This document shows positions 1 through 11,475 of a stretch of 64,000 bases of DNA, piece after piece (the stretch's first letter is position 1; each line of letters opens with the position of its first letter). The DNA is from Pristiophorus japonicus (lineage: Eukaryota), in the NCBI RefSeq assembly GCF_044704955.1, contig NC_091992.1:117676001-117740000 (forward strand). The letters run 5' to 3'. A program made the position numbers and the translations under genes. The notes under the pieces are model-generated. The model worked only from the letters and a program-made list of their open reading frames with translations. It was not told the origin of the DNA and ran no database searches.

Positions 1-344
1 GGTTGAACCTCCATCCAGAACTCCCTGATCCAGAAACACCCCTCGTCCCAGAACCATTCCCTGCCACCGGGTGGCGCATGCGCAGAACTCCAATGTGAAC
101 AAATTGAAGTCCTTCCTCGCTGCCGACTCCCACAATCGCTGGCCTGACCCCACGATTCACACCACCCCCCCACCCCCACCCATGATCTCTCTGCCGCACT
201 CCCACCCCCAAGCTAGCCAGTCCCGATATCCCCTTGCTCAGTACCTGTACCATCCAATTTAACGTGACCACCCCTCGTCCAGAAAAATCGGTTATCCAGA
301 ACGGGCCAGGTCCCAAGGGTTCCGGATAAAGGAGGTTCAATCTG
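1..344. mobile_element. Tc1/mariner (Tigger/pogo-like) MITE, left end clipped by window edge
   Basis: GGTTGAACCTCC at 1-12 is the inverse of GGAGGTTCAATC(TG) at 331-344, which is followed by TA. Internal repeated motif CCCCTCGTCC(C)AGAA at ~39 and ~271. Confidence 0.65.
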
Positions 345-427
345 TACTACTTATATGAACATGTGAACATACAAACATGATGATTGGCAAAAGACCAGCT
401 GCTCTGTCAAGCCAGCCCATCCATTAT

Positions 428-692
428 CATAGAATTGTACGGCACAGAAGGAGGCCATTGTTTCTGTGCCGGCGAGAAAGAGCTCTCCGATCTAATCCCA
501 CTTTCCAGCTATTGGTCCATAGCCTTGTAGGTTACAGCACATCAAGTGCGTATCCAAGTACTTTTTAGATGTGCTGAGAGTTTCTGCTTCTACCACCCTT
601 TCAGGCAGTGAGTTCCAGACCACCAGCACCCTCTGGGTCAAAAAGGTTCTCCTCAACTCCGCTCTAATCCTTCTACCAATCACTTTAAATTA
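428..692 (-). mobile_element. CR1 LINE 3' fragment
   Basis: Minus-strand ORF ...FLTQRVLVVWNSLPERVVEA... is the CR1 ORF2 C-terminus. Tail CATAGAAT. Same subfamily as 10699-11090 and 53777-54245. Confidence 0.9.
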
Positions 693-712
693 TGTATCAA
701 TCTGTATTGCCT

Positions 713-1305
713 GGGGGTAATTTTGACTTTTAAATGGTAGTGTAAAACATGCGATGTTGGCTTGGCCAGCCGCTAAATACCTCTCCTGATTTTTGTTTCC
801 ATTGAAGTCAAAGTGGTTGGCTCCTTTTTAAAAGAGGCCTACAACCTGCTTTCCAATGCGTCGCCTGTTTTAGGCGATAGGCATGTTTTACGAAGAAATC
901 AGGATCCTATGACGCAAATAGAAGCCCGATTTCCATTTTTGGTCAGAACTGGCGATGGAACCGAGGAGGCCCACCAAAAATACGCGTCCAATTATTTTAT
1001 TGGACCCCGGAAGAGCGGCTCCTCAGTGGGAGGTCCAATACAATAATCTGGGTCGCTGCTGCTCACGGGGCACCCACCCTCCGGGATCGCGACCACATGC
1101 TCCTCCTCCCACAACCTACCAAGCTGGTGGCCGCTCTGGCCCGACCTTGAGGCCTCAGACTGGCGAGCTGCATCAGGATGCCAGTATAGCACCCTGCAGC
1201 TCAACCGCCAGATTTAAACAAAGTCCCGGGGCCTCTTAATCATCGGAACGGGCAGTCCGCCAATGCCCTTCGCCAGTCGGAAGCCGGAAAATCACAATCA
1301 CCCCC
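713..1305. mobile_element. Non-autonomous DNA transposon (Harbinger-like MITE)
   Basis: Left end GGGGGTAATTTTGACTTT matches the reverse complement of the right end, GGGGGTGATTGTGATTTT. GC-rich non-coding interior. Confidence 0.6.
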
Positions 1306-2223
1306 ATTATGTATTGACTGGAGTGAAAGGGACAGCCACCAAGACCAAACTAGACCAAAGTACTTCATTTTAGTCATGTTAAAAAAAAAACAACCCAAAT
1401 AATATCCGCTTAAAATGCATTAAAGTCAGAGGATTGTGTGTTTTGTTTTTTGTAGTACTTTTCTCATTACAGTGCCATTTCAGTGCAAGTGGAATTTTTA
1501 TTTTCATTCATCTTTCTCTACCACAAGTGTTAATTGAGAAATGAAAAATTTGTGTGCGTATCTACATTCAATTACCTTGCTTTGCCAAAGGGGAAGGATG
1601 TTTAATATAGGAGCCAACCACATGAGCAGTTAGGAATGAGCAGGCATGTATATATTGGAGGTGAATGTGATGAATGAGGCCAAGCAAGAAATTATTTCTT
1701 TGTTACAGGGAGGATTTCAAAACAAGCTGTGAAGCTCTGTGAGTATAATATAGAACTGATGTTCTTCTAGAGAATAGGATAGGACTGAAATATAAATATT
1801 AAGATGTCTTTATTTGAAGAATAAACTGAAAATTCCAATCTACAAAAATTGTTGGAAGAAAAGAGTTGGATTTTAGAGATCTGGAAAAGTTTGACTTTTT
1901 AATGATCCAAGCTTTTGGAAAAAAAATGTGAGAAATAAGTATGGTCATGTGGTAATAATACTTTGTCACATTTGGAAATTAAAATGAAAAATACTTTTTT
2001 TTCTAATCGATCACGTACCAATTACAGTTTCACAAATTTATCAAACATTTTAAATACATTTTAACTTGTGAGTATGTTGAGACTTTCAATTGTAAGTTGC
2101 AGCTTGAATGTGTACCCTACTGGAATATGGGTGTGCACGAGAACCAATGGAAGAGCTATGTTGGGCAGCAGTAATGTGGGCTAGGTTAACAAGCAACATC
2201 CTTGTGGCATGAATATTTGGGGT

Positions 2224-2796
2224 CATCATCATCATAGGCAAGCCCTCGAAGTGAGGATGACTTGTTTCCACGCCAAAGAGGAATCAGTTCACAGGTGTTT
2301 CAATGAAGAACCTAATATTCCGGATCCTGAACTGCATGTTGAAGGGTGGAAAATGCCTGTGCGTGGATTTTTTTAACGTGTGGTGGCCGTTGCACACCAG
2401 CCACCACACGGGCTTGACAGAGCTAGGTCTTGGTCCAGCGGCAAGGATTAACCAAGACGACTGGAGACCTGCTCTGCTGCATGGACCGAGCGCGCACACA
2501 TATCGCAGTGTGGGCTAGCCCGTGCTGCCCCTGGGCCCTCGCCTCTTCTGGGCCCCAGACTTGCGCCTCTCCTGGGCCCCGGTCACTTCCTTCTATAAGC
2601 TCTTGCCGCTCCTTCACCCCTCCTGCTGTGCCTGCCCGCACTGCAATCAGCGAACTGGCTTCGCAGCCATCGCCCTCCTGCAGTGGTATGCCACCGCACG
2701 CTGCTCCCTCTGATGGCCCCGGCCTGCTGATGGTCTTGCAGGCCGGGACCATGCCGATTTCCAGGCTGGGCTGGGCTGCCGCCCGCTGCTCCCTCT
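2224..2796 (-). mobile_element. Non-autonomous bipartite RTE derivative (5' UTR/ORF start fused to RTE 3' tail)
   Basis: Minus-strand 3' end GGAAACAAGTCATCCTC...GAGGGCTTGCCTATGATGATGATG matches the RTE tails at 24470-24511 and 52210-52260. It is preceded by MQFRIRNIRF, resembling a decayed RTE endonuclease start (M.FGTWNVR). Confidence 0.75.
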
Positions 2797-2799
2797 AAT

Positions 2800-3060
2800 G
2801 CAGCCTTTCAATTTGGGATATCTACCTGGTAAATGACACTGTTCATGCGGTCTTGCCTTGATAGCTTCCTTAAGGTGTTCCATCTTTTTCTGTCACTCTT
2901 TGAAAATTTGCATGTAGTGTACACAAGATTGAACTTGGTCACCATCTCCTGCCAGGCATACTCTGCTGCATGTTTTGTGACGAGAGTGCCCCGGAATTCC
3001 AAACCGTCCTGACACGCAGTAACAATTTCACTTCTTCAGCAATGAAATGAGGTTTGAGTG
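2800..3060 (-). pseudogene. Myb/SANT-like DNA-binding ORF remnant of Harbinger type
   Basis: Minus strand reads KPHFIAEEVKLLL (frameshift) ...AAEYAWQEMVTKFN...DRKRWNTLRKLSR, with the F..EE..LL / AW.E...FN / KRW..L pattern of Myb_DNA-bind_5 proteins. Confidence 0.6.
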
Positions 3061-3159
3061 TTGCAACACTTCATCAATTGCCTTCATGCTTATTGTGTCC
3101 TTTTTGGGTTTTTGCACCCCCATAAAACTTTTAGAAAGGTTAACAAAATACATTTAGAA

Positions 3160-3570
3160 TATCATCATCATAGACGGTCCCTCGAATGAGGATGACTTGC
3201 TTCCACAAGAATTCATAGATGTTTCAATGACGGACCCAATGTTCCAGTCCTGAACCCCAATTAAAGGGTGCAAGATGCCTGAGCGTGGATTTTTTTAACG
3301 TGTGGTGACCGTTGCACATCAGCCACCACACGGGCTCGAAAGAGCTAGACCTTTATCCAGTGGCAAGGGTTGAACCAGGATGACTGGAGACCTGCTCTGC
3401 TGCATGGACCTAGTGCGCGCACATATCGCAGTGTGAGCTGGCCCGTGCTGCCCCTGGGTTTTCGGCTCTTCTGGGCCCCATACCCTGATTCGCCGCACTT
3501 TCACCCGCGATGTTTCAGGGCCTGGCGCTCCAGCTCTATTTATAGCCCCGGCCTGCAGTGGTGTTCTCAC
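3160..3570 (-). mobile_element. Second bipartite RTE derivative
   Basis: Aligns to 2224-2560 over ~320 bp, including the (CAT)n tail. The 5' ~90 bp differ. Confidence 0.75.
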
Positions 3571-3599
3571 ACAGGTCAGGGTGGCCTTTGGAAAGGCAG

Positions 3600-3856
3600 A
3601 ATTGATTCTTAACTCACATGGCTCCAGTTGGGGTGGAGTGTAGAATGTTTCAGTGTAAGGGGTGTCGCAGTTGTGTGGGGCGGACTGGTTGGGCTGGATG
3701 CTCTTTACCTTTCCGCCTTTGTTCACTGTTCATAGATTTATATGTAACCTTCAGGGCTGCTGACCGAGGGCCGTGCGGCTCTTTGTCGGCCGGCGCGGAC
3801 ACGATGGGCTGAAATGGCCTCCTTCTGCGCTGTAAATTTCTATGTTTCTATGTTTA
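3600..3856 (+). mobile_element. CR1-type LINE long 3' UTR fragment
   Basis: Ends GATGGGCTGAAATGGCCTCCTTCTG...(TTTCTATG)n. Homologous to 56702-56945 on the minus strand. Confidence 0.8.
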
Positions 3857-4599
3857 ACCTCACGTGGCCACATCCTTTTAAACATTGACTGAAATTCTTT
3901 AAAGGCTGGTGTTCCTAATTTCCAACCCTTTACCTCCCCTTACGGAAGCTCCCAGTATCAAGGCAAATATTAACTGGGAGCTTGCCATGCATTCGGGATG
4001 ACCTTGGTAAACAGTGCAAAAGTAGCCTGGGGAAGCAAGCTTATAATAATAATGTGGTAAGAACATATGACAGGTGGAATGAGGAAAATAACGTGATTTA
4101 TACGTGGGTGGGAGGAAGAAGGGCTTTGAGTTCTTCGTCGGGACATGCCAGCATGCATCCAAATCTAAGCTGGAGTGAGTGATTGTAATGAGAGTACTCC
4201 CTCAGTAATGCACATTGAGATGTTACAATTTTATCAGACACTATTAATGCAAGTATTGTTTATTTAAACTAGTGTTGACTTGGCACTCAGAAATCATAGC
4301 TATATTGCACTTCAGAGGATGAATCTCAACTGATTTTTGAGTCTGATTCAGCCTTTGGAGTATAGTCTAACCACGTTTTATGTATGCCTTTGAAGTACCA
4401 ACCCGTGGGCTTAAAACATGCTTTATAAGACTGTTGTCCGATCCGATAGGTCTTCCAGTTCAGGTAAATTCCACGGGATATAGTATTCTGAAGGATGGCC
4501 TCTGCAGGATGGCCGCCTTCAAATTTTAAAAAATCTGTTCAAGTATCTCCTATAATTTTGGTTATTAAAGTAAAACTCTAACCAGTTTGGATTGTTGTT

Positions 4600-5885
4600 A
4601 CCCTTGTGACATGGGTTGGAAATAGTTTGGAAGGTCGGAGACAAAGAGTAAGGATAAAGGGTATGTGCTCTGATTGGCAGGATGTGTTGTTCCTCAGGGA
4701 TCTGTAATCTTTTCACCGTATCTATCAATGACTTGGTTGAAGGGATAGAGGGTTGTCTATCCATGTTTGCAGATGACACTAAGGAGGCACAGGGAGTAGT
4801 GCAGATGGGAGCAGGAAGGGCTAAAGGGATGCAGACAGTTTAAGTGAGTGGACAAAACTGTGGAAAATGGAGTTTAACGTGGGGAAGTGTGAGGTCATCC
4901 ACTTTGGAGCCAAGAAAGACAAAATGGTGTAGTTACTAAATGGTGAGAAACTAGGATCTGTGGAAGAGCAAAGGGATATGGGGATAGTGCAAGAAAGTAG
5001 AGTTGAGGTAAAAGATCAGCCATGATCTTATTACGTGGCGGAGCAGGCTTGAGAGGCTGAATGGCCTACTCCTGCTCCTAATTCTTATGTTCTTAAAGAG
5101 ATTTGGATGTTCAGGTACACAAATCAGTAAAAGCTAGTGTAATAAAAAGCAGAAAATGCTAGAAATACTTACCAGGTCAGGCAGCATCTGTGGAGAGAGA
5201 AACCGAGTTGACGTTTCAGATCGATAACCTTTCATCATTAAAAGCTAGTGGCTAGGTAATAAAGCAATCAACATGATTATTGGAATATTGACCTTGAGCT
5301 CAAGGGAATTGGAATTCAAAGTGGAGGGGGTTATGCTTCAGTGGTATAGAGCCTCGGTTAAACCCCATCTGGAGTACTGCATTCAGTAATGGGCACCACC
5401 CCTCAGGAATGATATATTGACCTCGGGGGGGGGGGGGGGCGGGGGTTGCATCACCGATTCACCAGAATGTTACTGGGGCTCAATTACGAGGACAGATTGC
5501 ATAAACTAGGCTTGTATTCCCTTGAATATAGAAGATTAAGGGGGTGATGTAAGTGAGGTGTGTAAAATGATTAAGGGATTCGATAGGGTGCGGAAAGAGA
5601 AACTTATTCCTCTAATCTTAAACTTAGAGCCAGGCCATTCAGGAGTGAAATCAGGAAGCACTTCTTCACACACAGGGTAAAGGAAATCTGGAACTCTCTC
5701 TCCCCCAAAAGACGATGGATGCTGGGCTAGTTGAAGTTTTCGAGATTGTGACTGATAGGTTTTTGTAAGGGCAAGGACACAAAGGCGATTAGAGGGGCTT
5801 GAGGTACAGATCAGCCATGATCTAATTAACTGATAGAACAGTTGAGGAGCTGAATGGCCTACTTGTGTTTCTATATTCTTATTCT
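4600..5885 (+). mobile_element. Decayed CR1 LINE (RT domain to 3' end) with nested insertions
   Basis: TTTGCAGATGACAC (FADD) at ~4766, CCCCATCTGGAGTACTGC (PHLEYC) and a CR1 3' stem-loop tail. A short CR1 tail is nested at 4971-5095 (flanks AAAGGGAT/AAAGAGAT) and a Penelope-like piece at 5140-5238. Confidence 0.88.
5140..5238 (-). mobile_element. Penelope-like terminal repeat fragment with hammerhead-like core
   Basis: Minus strand TGATGAAAGGTTATCGATCTGAAACGTCAAC...CACAGATGCTGCCTGACCTG. Homologous to 16345, 27595, 40975, 44030 and 58240. Confidence 0.55.
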
Positions 5886-6217
5886 GAGAATACGAATGAA
5901 TGTCATCATGTTTCATTGATTCACATGTTCCTTTTTATTCACATTCAAAATTCTTTAAGATTTTTGTATATGTTACCCGATCATATCCATTTAATATTTT
6001 GAGAGCTACAAGAGAAAGTTAGTATATGTAATTATTTACATATATTTAGTGTTGACCAAAAGCAGCTGGTTAAGAATGTAGCCATTTTTCAGTTGGAACC
6101 ACATGTATGACATTTGGAGATTCAGGCTTCATGTAATTCTGGCTACAGTTCCCAACTCTTTTCAAAATTTAGGGTGTGTATTGCAACCTGTGTATTTGCA
6201 TTCTATAACTGTAAATA

Positions 6218-6673
6218 TCATAGAATAGTACTGCACAGAAGAAGGTCATTCAGACCATCGAGTCTGTGGCGGCACTTTCGCAGAGCAATTTCATTAGTCC
6301 CACTCCCCCGCTCTTTCCCCATATCATTGAAATTTTTTCTCCAAGTATATATCCAATTTTCTTTTGAAGGGAGCTATTGAATCTGTATCCACTCCGCTAT
6401 CAGGCAGTGCATTCCAGATCCTAACCACTCGCTACATGAAAAAGTTCTTCCTCAAGTTGCTTCTGGTTCTTTTGCCAATCACCTTAACTCTGTGCCCTCT
6501 GGTTACCGACCCTTCAGCCATTAGAAATAGTTTATCTTTATTTATTCTATCTAAACCCTTCCTGATTTTAAATACCTCTACAAAATCTCCTCCTAGACTT
6601 TTCTGCTCCAAGAAGAACAATCACAGCTTCTCCAGTCTATTCACGTAACTGTAATCCCTCATCCCTGGAACCA
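6218..6673 (-). mobile_element. CR1 LINE 3' fragment
   Basis: Minus ORF FFLEQKSLGGDFVEVFKIRKGLD...TRGHRVKV...RKNFF is the CR1 ORF2 C-terminus. Confidence 0.88.
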
Positions 6674-8011
6674 TAAAAACCAAAGAAATATGTAATTTAT
6701 ATCCATTCCAATATTTGTTCCCTTAGCACTGCAGCCTTATTGCATACATTTCATTTATAAACAACCATAACTTTTTGTTGGTCTTAACTGGTTTGGCAGG
6801 ATTCCACTGCTCTTAATTTGAAGTGTTTGGAGTTTGTTCTTTAACTTGCCAGTGAATCTTATTTCTAATTTATTGGATCGGGGTAGCGAGCCTTCGTGAG
6901 CCAGAGTGCTTTGCACTAAACCGTTTTTTGATTATTTGTCTAAAATCTGACCCACATAGCACAACAGTTCTCTTTATACAGTGGCACACTCTTTTCAGCA
7001 ACGGTTCAGCCATTTTGTTTAGGTTTTAAATTGGCTGGCAGTATTGGGTATTAATTCTCAGATGTTGGAACTCTCGAGTTGAATGTAATAGGTAGTGAAG
7101 AATTGCAGCATTGTGGTCCATTTGCGTGTTTCATTCAGATAGCTCCTTAAATACCTCCACCAAATCCCGTTGGGCAGCCAGGATCATTCAGATTTTGGGA
7201 GCAAATATAAGCCTTGTTCCTCCTCCAAACACTACACTTCAGGTCACGTTTGTAGTGTATTATTTCTCTTCTATCACTATTCCGTTTGGCTGTTCATCGA
7301 CAAACTGAAATAACTTTTTAATGATGTGCCAAGAGATTTTTATCAGTGAAAAGAATTTTTCATTTCATGGTAAACCACTCCTCCTGTTTACACAGGATTT
7401 TGAATGTGAAGAGACTGAAACAAACTACTGTTAATAAATACAGTTGCATGTTTGAGTAGCTGTTATTAGTTATGCTGTCCCCTTTAGTAAATGTTATTTA
7501 TCCTTTTATTAAAATTCCACTGTAAATTTGTTGTCTATCCATCACTAACATTTTAATTTATATTGAATTTCTTCCTTTTGCAAATTGGGCTGATCACATC
7601 TTGCTCTAGTGCAGTAAAATATCAGGAAAAATATTTTTAGTTTGTGTACTCACATTTGAAAAAGAATATTTTCCTGTTGTACCTGTGTAAAGAGTCCTTG
7701 TTATTTGCTGAGAAATTTATCACATTAGAAGTGTTTTTTTAAAGCACAGTTTGCTTTCCAAAAATCTTAAGATAATTGTTTGAGAAAAATGGTATCTTTA
7801 AACAATATAAAGTGATGTACAAAATTGGTTACTGAGTTATTTCTAAATAATTCCTCTCAATTCTCATTTCGTTTTCCATCCCGATCTTTTTTCTTTAGCT
7901 TACTCCGATGTCGTCCACCAGTCCCTGACTAAAAGAATGGATGAGTGATCCACTTGCCAAGCGTTGTCAATGATGGTCCACTGCTGATCATGGGACAGGT
8001 GGGATTGTCTT

Positions 8012-8368
8012 ACATAGAAACATAGAAACATAGAAAATAGGTGCAGGAGTAGGCCATTCGGCCCTTCAAGCCTGCACCACCACTCAATAAGATCATGGCT
8101 GATCATTCACCTCAGTACCCCTTTCCTGCTTTCTCTCCATACCCCTTGATCCCTTTAGCCATAAGGGCCATATCTAACTCCCTCTTGAATATATCGAACG
8201 AACTGGCCTCAACAACTTTCTCTGGTCGAGAATTCCACAGGTTTACAACTCTCTGAGTGAAGAAGTTTCTCCTCATCTTGGTCCTAAATGGCTTACCCTT
8301 TATCCTTAGACTGTGACCCCTGGTTCTGGACTTCCCCAACATTGGGAACTTTCTTCCTGTCTCTAGCC
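8012..8368 (-). mobile_element. Young CR1 LINE 3' fragment
   Basis: SRTRGHSLRIKGKPFRTKMRRNFFTQRVVNLWNS; (CATAGAAA)3 tail. Confidence 0.93.
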
Positions 8369-9548
8369 TTCTGTTCTCCGTTTTCTGGGGGATAACTCAT
8401 CTGTATTTGAAAACCCAAAACGCATCATGTAAGGAATTGTTGACACAAAACTACTGCCTGCTATTCCATGTGGCAGCTTGCTTACTGTACAATCCACAGT
8501 GTCACTAACCATTTTGATGATTGAAGACAAATAGCTCTTTATACTACACAAATATGTTGATCTGTTTTTAGAGGCCCGGATTTGCTCCTTACCACAGTGC
8601 CACACCTTTTTTTACAATTGCAATAAAGACTCAAAACTATATCACCTCAGTACAATAAGAAGTTTAATTCGATTTTTAAAAATTAATCACAACAACTTGT
8701 ATTTATATAGCATCTTTAATGTACTGAAACATCCCAATGTACTTCAGGAGTATTATGAGATTTTAAAAATCACAGGTTAATTGATGGCAAGGATGTTTGA
8801 TTTGTTCAATCTAAAATGCTGTGTATTTAAAATAAAATAAAATTAAATTTAGACATATTTGAAAATCATTTATAAATATTCTGTGCCAAAATATCTGCTT
8901 TTAAATCTGTGAAGTGCATTCAAGACTTAAAGGGTTTTTCTTGTTACATCTCGGCAGTATATATATTTAAAAGTAGTTACTATCCAGTGGATAAAGTTGA
9001 TGCATGAATTTGTTTTATTCTCCAGCACCCTGCAGATACTATTCAATATTCTTCGCTCAAATCTGGTTCCAATCAAGATATTATTTACTGAGTAAGCAAA
9101 AAAATGTTGAACTGTGTGATTTTTCTTAATTCAAATTTAGTTGGAGTTCAATCTTTTATAACTTATCAGGCTACATAATAGTGACCAGATAACATGTCAT
9201 TTTCAGTGATACATGTTATAGGATTTTGTCAAATGAGGCCAGGATATATCATTGACAAAGTTTTGTGTTTGTAATGTTTGTTGCAATACAAATGCTGTAT
9301 GTTGCTGCAAGTTTGGAAATTACTTCCGTCAAATACACTCTTTCGAATGGGAACTTGCAATAAATGAAAGCTCATATTTACTTGAGAGAAAATCGATTGT
9401 TTCTGTACATATAATATTGCTTCAGGTAATAACTCTTACCAATTCAATATGTCTTGCTTTTGGCTATTTTTTTTATTCCTCCTTGAATAATTGAATTGTA
9501 TAAACACCTCCATTGTCATTCACATTTTGTTTACTTTTTGAAAATGAT

Positions 9549-10148
9549 GGGGTCGATTTGAATCCTACCTTACCAGTGGAAGCCTGGCTGATGGGCACTT
9601 AAAACGAGTAGGTTCCTTGCACGCTCCGATCCCGTCCGCTTGCGATGCTAACCTGAAAGGTTTCGCAGGTGGATGAGGAGGAAGCCTCATATGTTTCTGC
9701 AAATCGGGATCCTATTGCATCACCAGGACTCCAATGCGATGTTAACCAGGGCCTGAGCAGGGAAGGTCATGTGGCTTTACCACTAAGGAGATGCAGGTCT
9801 GTAGCAGGCCTGAAGAGGCCCTTCTGCTGTGTCTAAAACTATTCTTCGTGGGACCAGGAGGAGCAGCCATGCTCCTCCGGGCACCACAAGGAAGGTTGTG
9901 GCCTCCCCATTCCTTGGATTCCCCTCCCGCCCCCCACTTTCCTCCAACAAAAACCCTCCCAGGACCTCCTCCCTGCTACCTATCTGGAAGTGGGTGACGA
10001 GAGGCTGCATGATTGTCATCTGTCGGCAGTTATTCTGCACTCTCTTTGTGCTGTTCCAGGTGGGGAGTAGACTGGTGGCATTCAAAAGAGGTTAAAATTG
10101 CCCATTCCCCCACCCATCTGAAACCCACTCTGGGTTAAAATCGACCCC
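9549..10148. mobile_element. Harbinger-like MITE
   Basis: Terminal inverted repeat (TIR) GGGGTCGATTTGAATCC / GGGTTAAAATCGACCCC, resembling the TIR of the element at 17504-21976. Confidence 0.75.
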
Positions 10149-10496
10149 TATGTATTTCAGAGAGGCTGCACTGTAATAACATTACATTAAAACCAAACCT
10201 GTTGATCGGTAACTATTTTGATCTCGATAAAATCAGTGCCGTAGGGAGATGCTTTTAGTCTTTTTATGGGGTTTGAATTGTGAAATCTGCCTTTATATGT
10301 AGTACCTTGTGTACCAGAACTTGAATCGTCTTTACACTGGGCCAAAGACAGTTTGCCATCGGCAAATATGAAACAGGGTGTGCCTGGTGGCAAATAAATC
10401 CCACATGTGGTAAATAACTGTGTGTACTGTTTCCTTAAAGGAGCATTCTCCTGTTCAATTCAGAGTAGAGGTTTAGCTGCTAAATATTCATTTTAT

Positions 10497-11475
10497 TTTA
10501 GAATCTTTTAAGCACAGAAGGAAACCATTCTGCCCATCATGCTCGTGCCAGTTCCCTGAAAGAGCTATTCACCTAGTCCCATTCCTTTGGCTTTTCCTTA
10601 TAATCTCTTCATTTTTTCAATTTCACATTTTTTAACCACTTGTCTTTTAAAAGCTACCATGGATTCTGCTTGCACCACTGTTTCTGGTAGGGCATTTAAT
10701 CATAGAATCATAGACATTTACGGCACAGAAGGAGGCCATTTGACCCATCGTGTCTGTGCCAGCCAAAAAAGAGCCATCCAGCCAAATTCCACTTTCCAGC
10801 TCTTGGTCCATAGCCCTGTAGGTTGCAGCACTTCAAGTGCATTTCCAAGTACTTTTTAAATGTGATGAGGGTTTCTGCCTCTATCACTCTTTCAGGGCAG
10901 TGAGTTCCAGACCCACACCTTCCTCTGGGTGAAAAAAGTTCTCCTCAACTCCCCTCCAATCCTTCTACCAATTACTTTAAATCTATGCCCCCTGGTTATT
11001 GGCCTCTCTGCTAGGAGAAAATGGTCCTTCCTTCCATTCTATCTAGGCTCCTCATAATTTTATATACTTTAATCAAGTCTCCCCTCAGCCTAAGTTCTAC
11101 CAACTCTCTGTAAAAATTTCCAGTTAGTGATTTCTAACTTTGTCACTAAAATTGGTGAATTTTTTTTACTGTATCATTTGGCCCACTTTCAGAAGCACAA
11201 ATGTGTGATCAACTAGTCTAACTTTTTTTCAAATGGCAACTAAACTTATAGGCCAAAATCATTCTTTTGCTGGTGATTTAGTGACTCACCAACCAGTGGA
11301 AATTGAACTTCCTTCGTTACTTTATTAAAACCTTTCATAATTTGGAATACTTCTATCAGATCGCCTCTTAACTTTCAATTGAAAATAAAGTCCAAGTTTC
11401 TCTTGTCTCCCTTTTTAACTAGCCTCATAGTGAAACACTTTTGCATTCTTTCCCAGCCGTGGCATCCTTCCTCAA
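10497..11475 (-). mobile_element. Old CR1 3' fragment interrupted by a younger CR1 (10699-11090)
   Basis: Two successive CR1 tails (AGCACAGAAGGAAACCATT at ~10511; CATAGAATCATAGAC...GGCACAGAAGGAGGCCATT at ~10700). Decayed CR1 sequence resumes after 11090. Confidence 0.8.
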
